A DNA stretch of 63,168 nucleotides, filler included, from Chiloscyllium plagiosum (Eukaryota): assembly GCF_004010195.1 (NCBI RefSeq). It is 5 parts of one record of this genome, joined end to end, with 100 filler letters (N's around TTAATTAATTAA, not from the genome) between each part and the next. Parts side by side here need not be neighbours in the genome. Positions count along the whole stretch, not along the records: positions 50,807 to 63,168 come from NC_057711.1; 4 more parts are not named here. One strand, given 5' to 3'. Numbering within the stretch: position 1 is the first letter of the stretch; every line of letters starts with the position of its first letter. Positions 62,832 to 63,168 of the stretch are shown here, one piece after another. The notes beneath the pieces were generated by a model that ran no database searches, was not told the origin of the DNA, and saw nothing but the letters and a program-made list of their open reading frames with translations. The position numbers and the translations under genes were made by a program.

Positions 62832-63168
62832 TTGGTAAAAACAATGACTGCAGATGGTGGAAACCAGATTCTGGATTAGTGGTGCTGGAAGAGCACAGCA
62901 GGTCAGGCAGCATCCGAGGGGCAGTAAAATCGACCTTTTCTCTCCACCCTTCAGGAATATAGGCAGAGATCCTGAAGGGTGGAGAGAAAAGTGAGAAGAG
63001 GGTGGGGGTGGGGAGAAAGTAGCATAGAGTACAATAGGTGAGTGGGGGAGGGGATGAAGGTGATATGTCGGGGGGAGGGTGGAGGGAGGTGGAAAAAAAG
63101 ATAGGCAGGTAGGACAAGTCATGGGGACAGTGCTGAGCTGGAAGTTTGGAACTAGGGTGAAGTGGGGG
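62832..63168 (-). mobile_element. PLE terminal repeat inserted in CR1
   Basis: Reverse complement of the block at 1-243 and 23005-23115; hammerhead region disrupted. Confidence 0.8.

Overview
Vertebrate genomic DNA, almost certainly a shark/elasmobranch (inferred from HE1/V-type SINEs and abundant CR1). The window is scaffolded from several contigs: four 100-nt gaps carry an artificial TTAATTAATTAA linker, and there are four plain N-runs. Two host genes converge. NEIL3 exons 2-3 lie on + (11503-14016) and AGA (aspartylglucosaminidase) exons 1-6 lie on - (33437-24021), all with GT-AG boundaries and open frames. The 3' parts of both genes are absent and probably sit in the gap at 17018-17117. 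An orphan, acceptor-dead second copy of AGA exon 2 lies 2 kb upstream of exon 1. Most of the rest is decayed retroelements: CR1 LINEs, HE1 SINEs, a Gmr1-order Gypsy (PR-IN-RT-RH), Tx1/L1 and Rex/Babar fragments, and many Penelope-like element (PLE) pieces. The most striking hidden structure is about a dozen minimal hammerhead-ribozyme motifs in four sequence families, at least three tied to PLE termini. There is also an apparent LINE with a tRNA-like head whose internally deleted form acts as a SINE. All family assignments are by recognition from memory, not database search, and TE boundaries are approximate unless a TSD is given.
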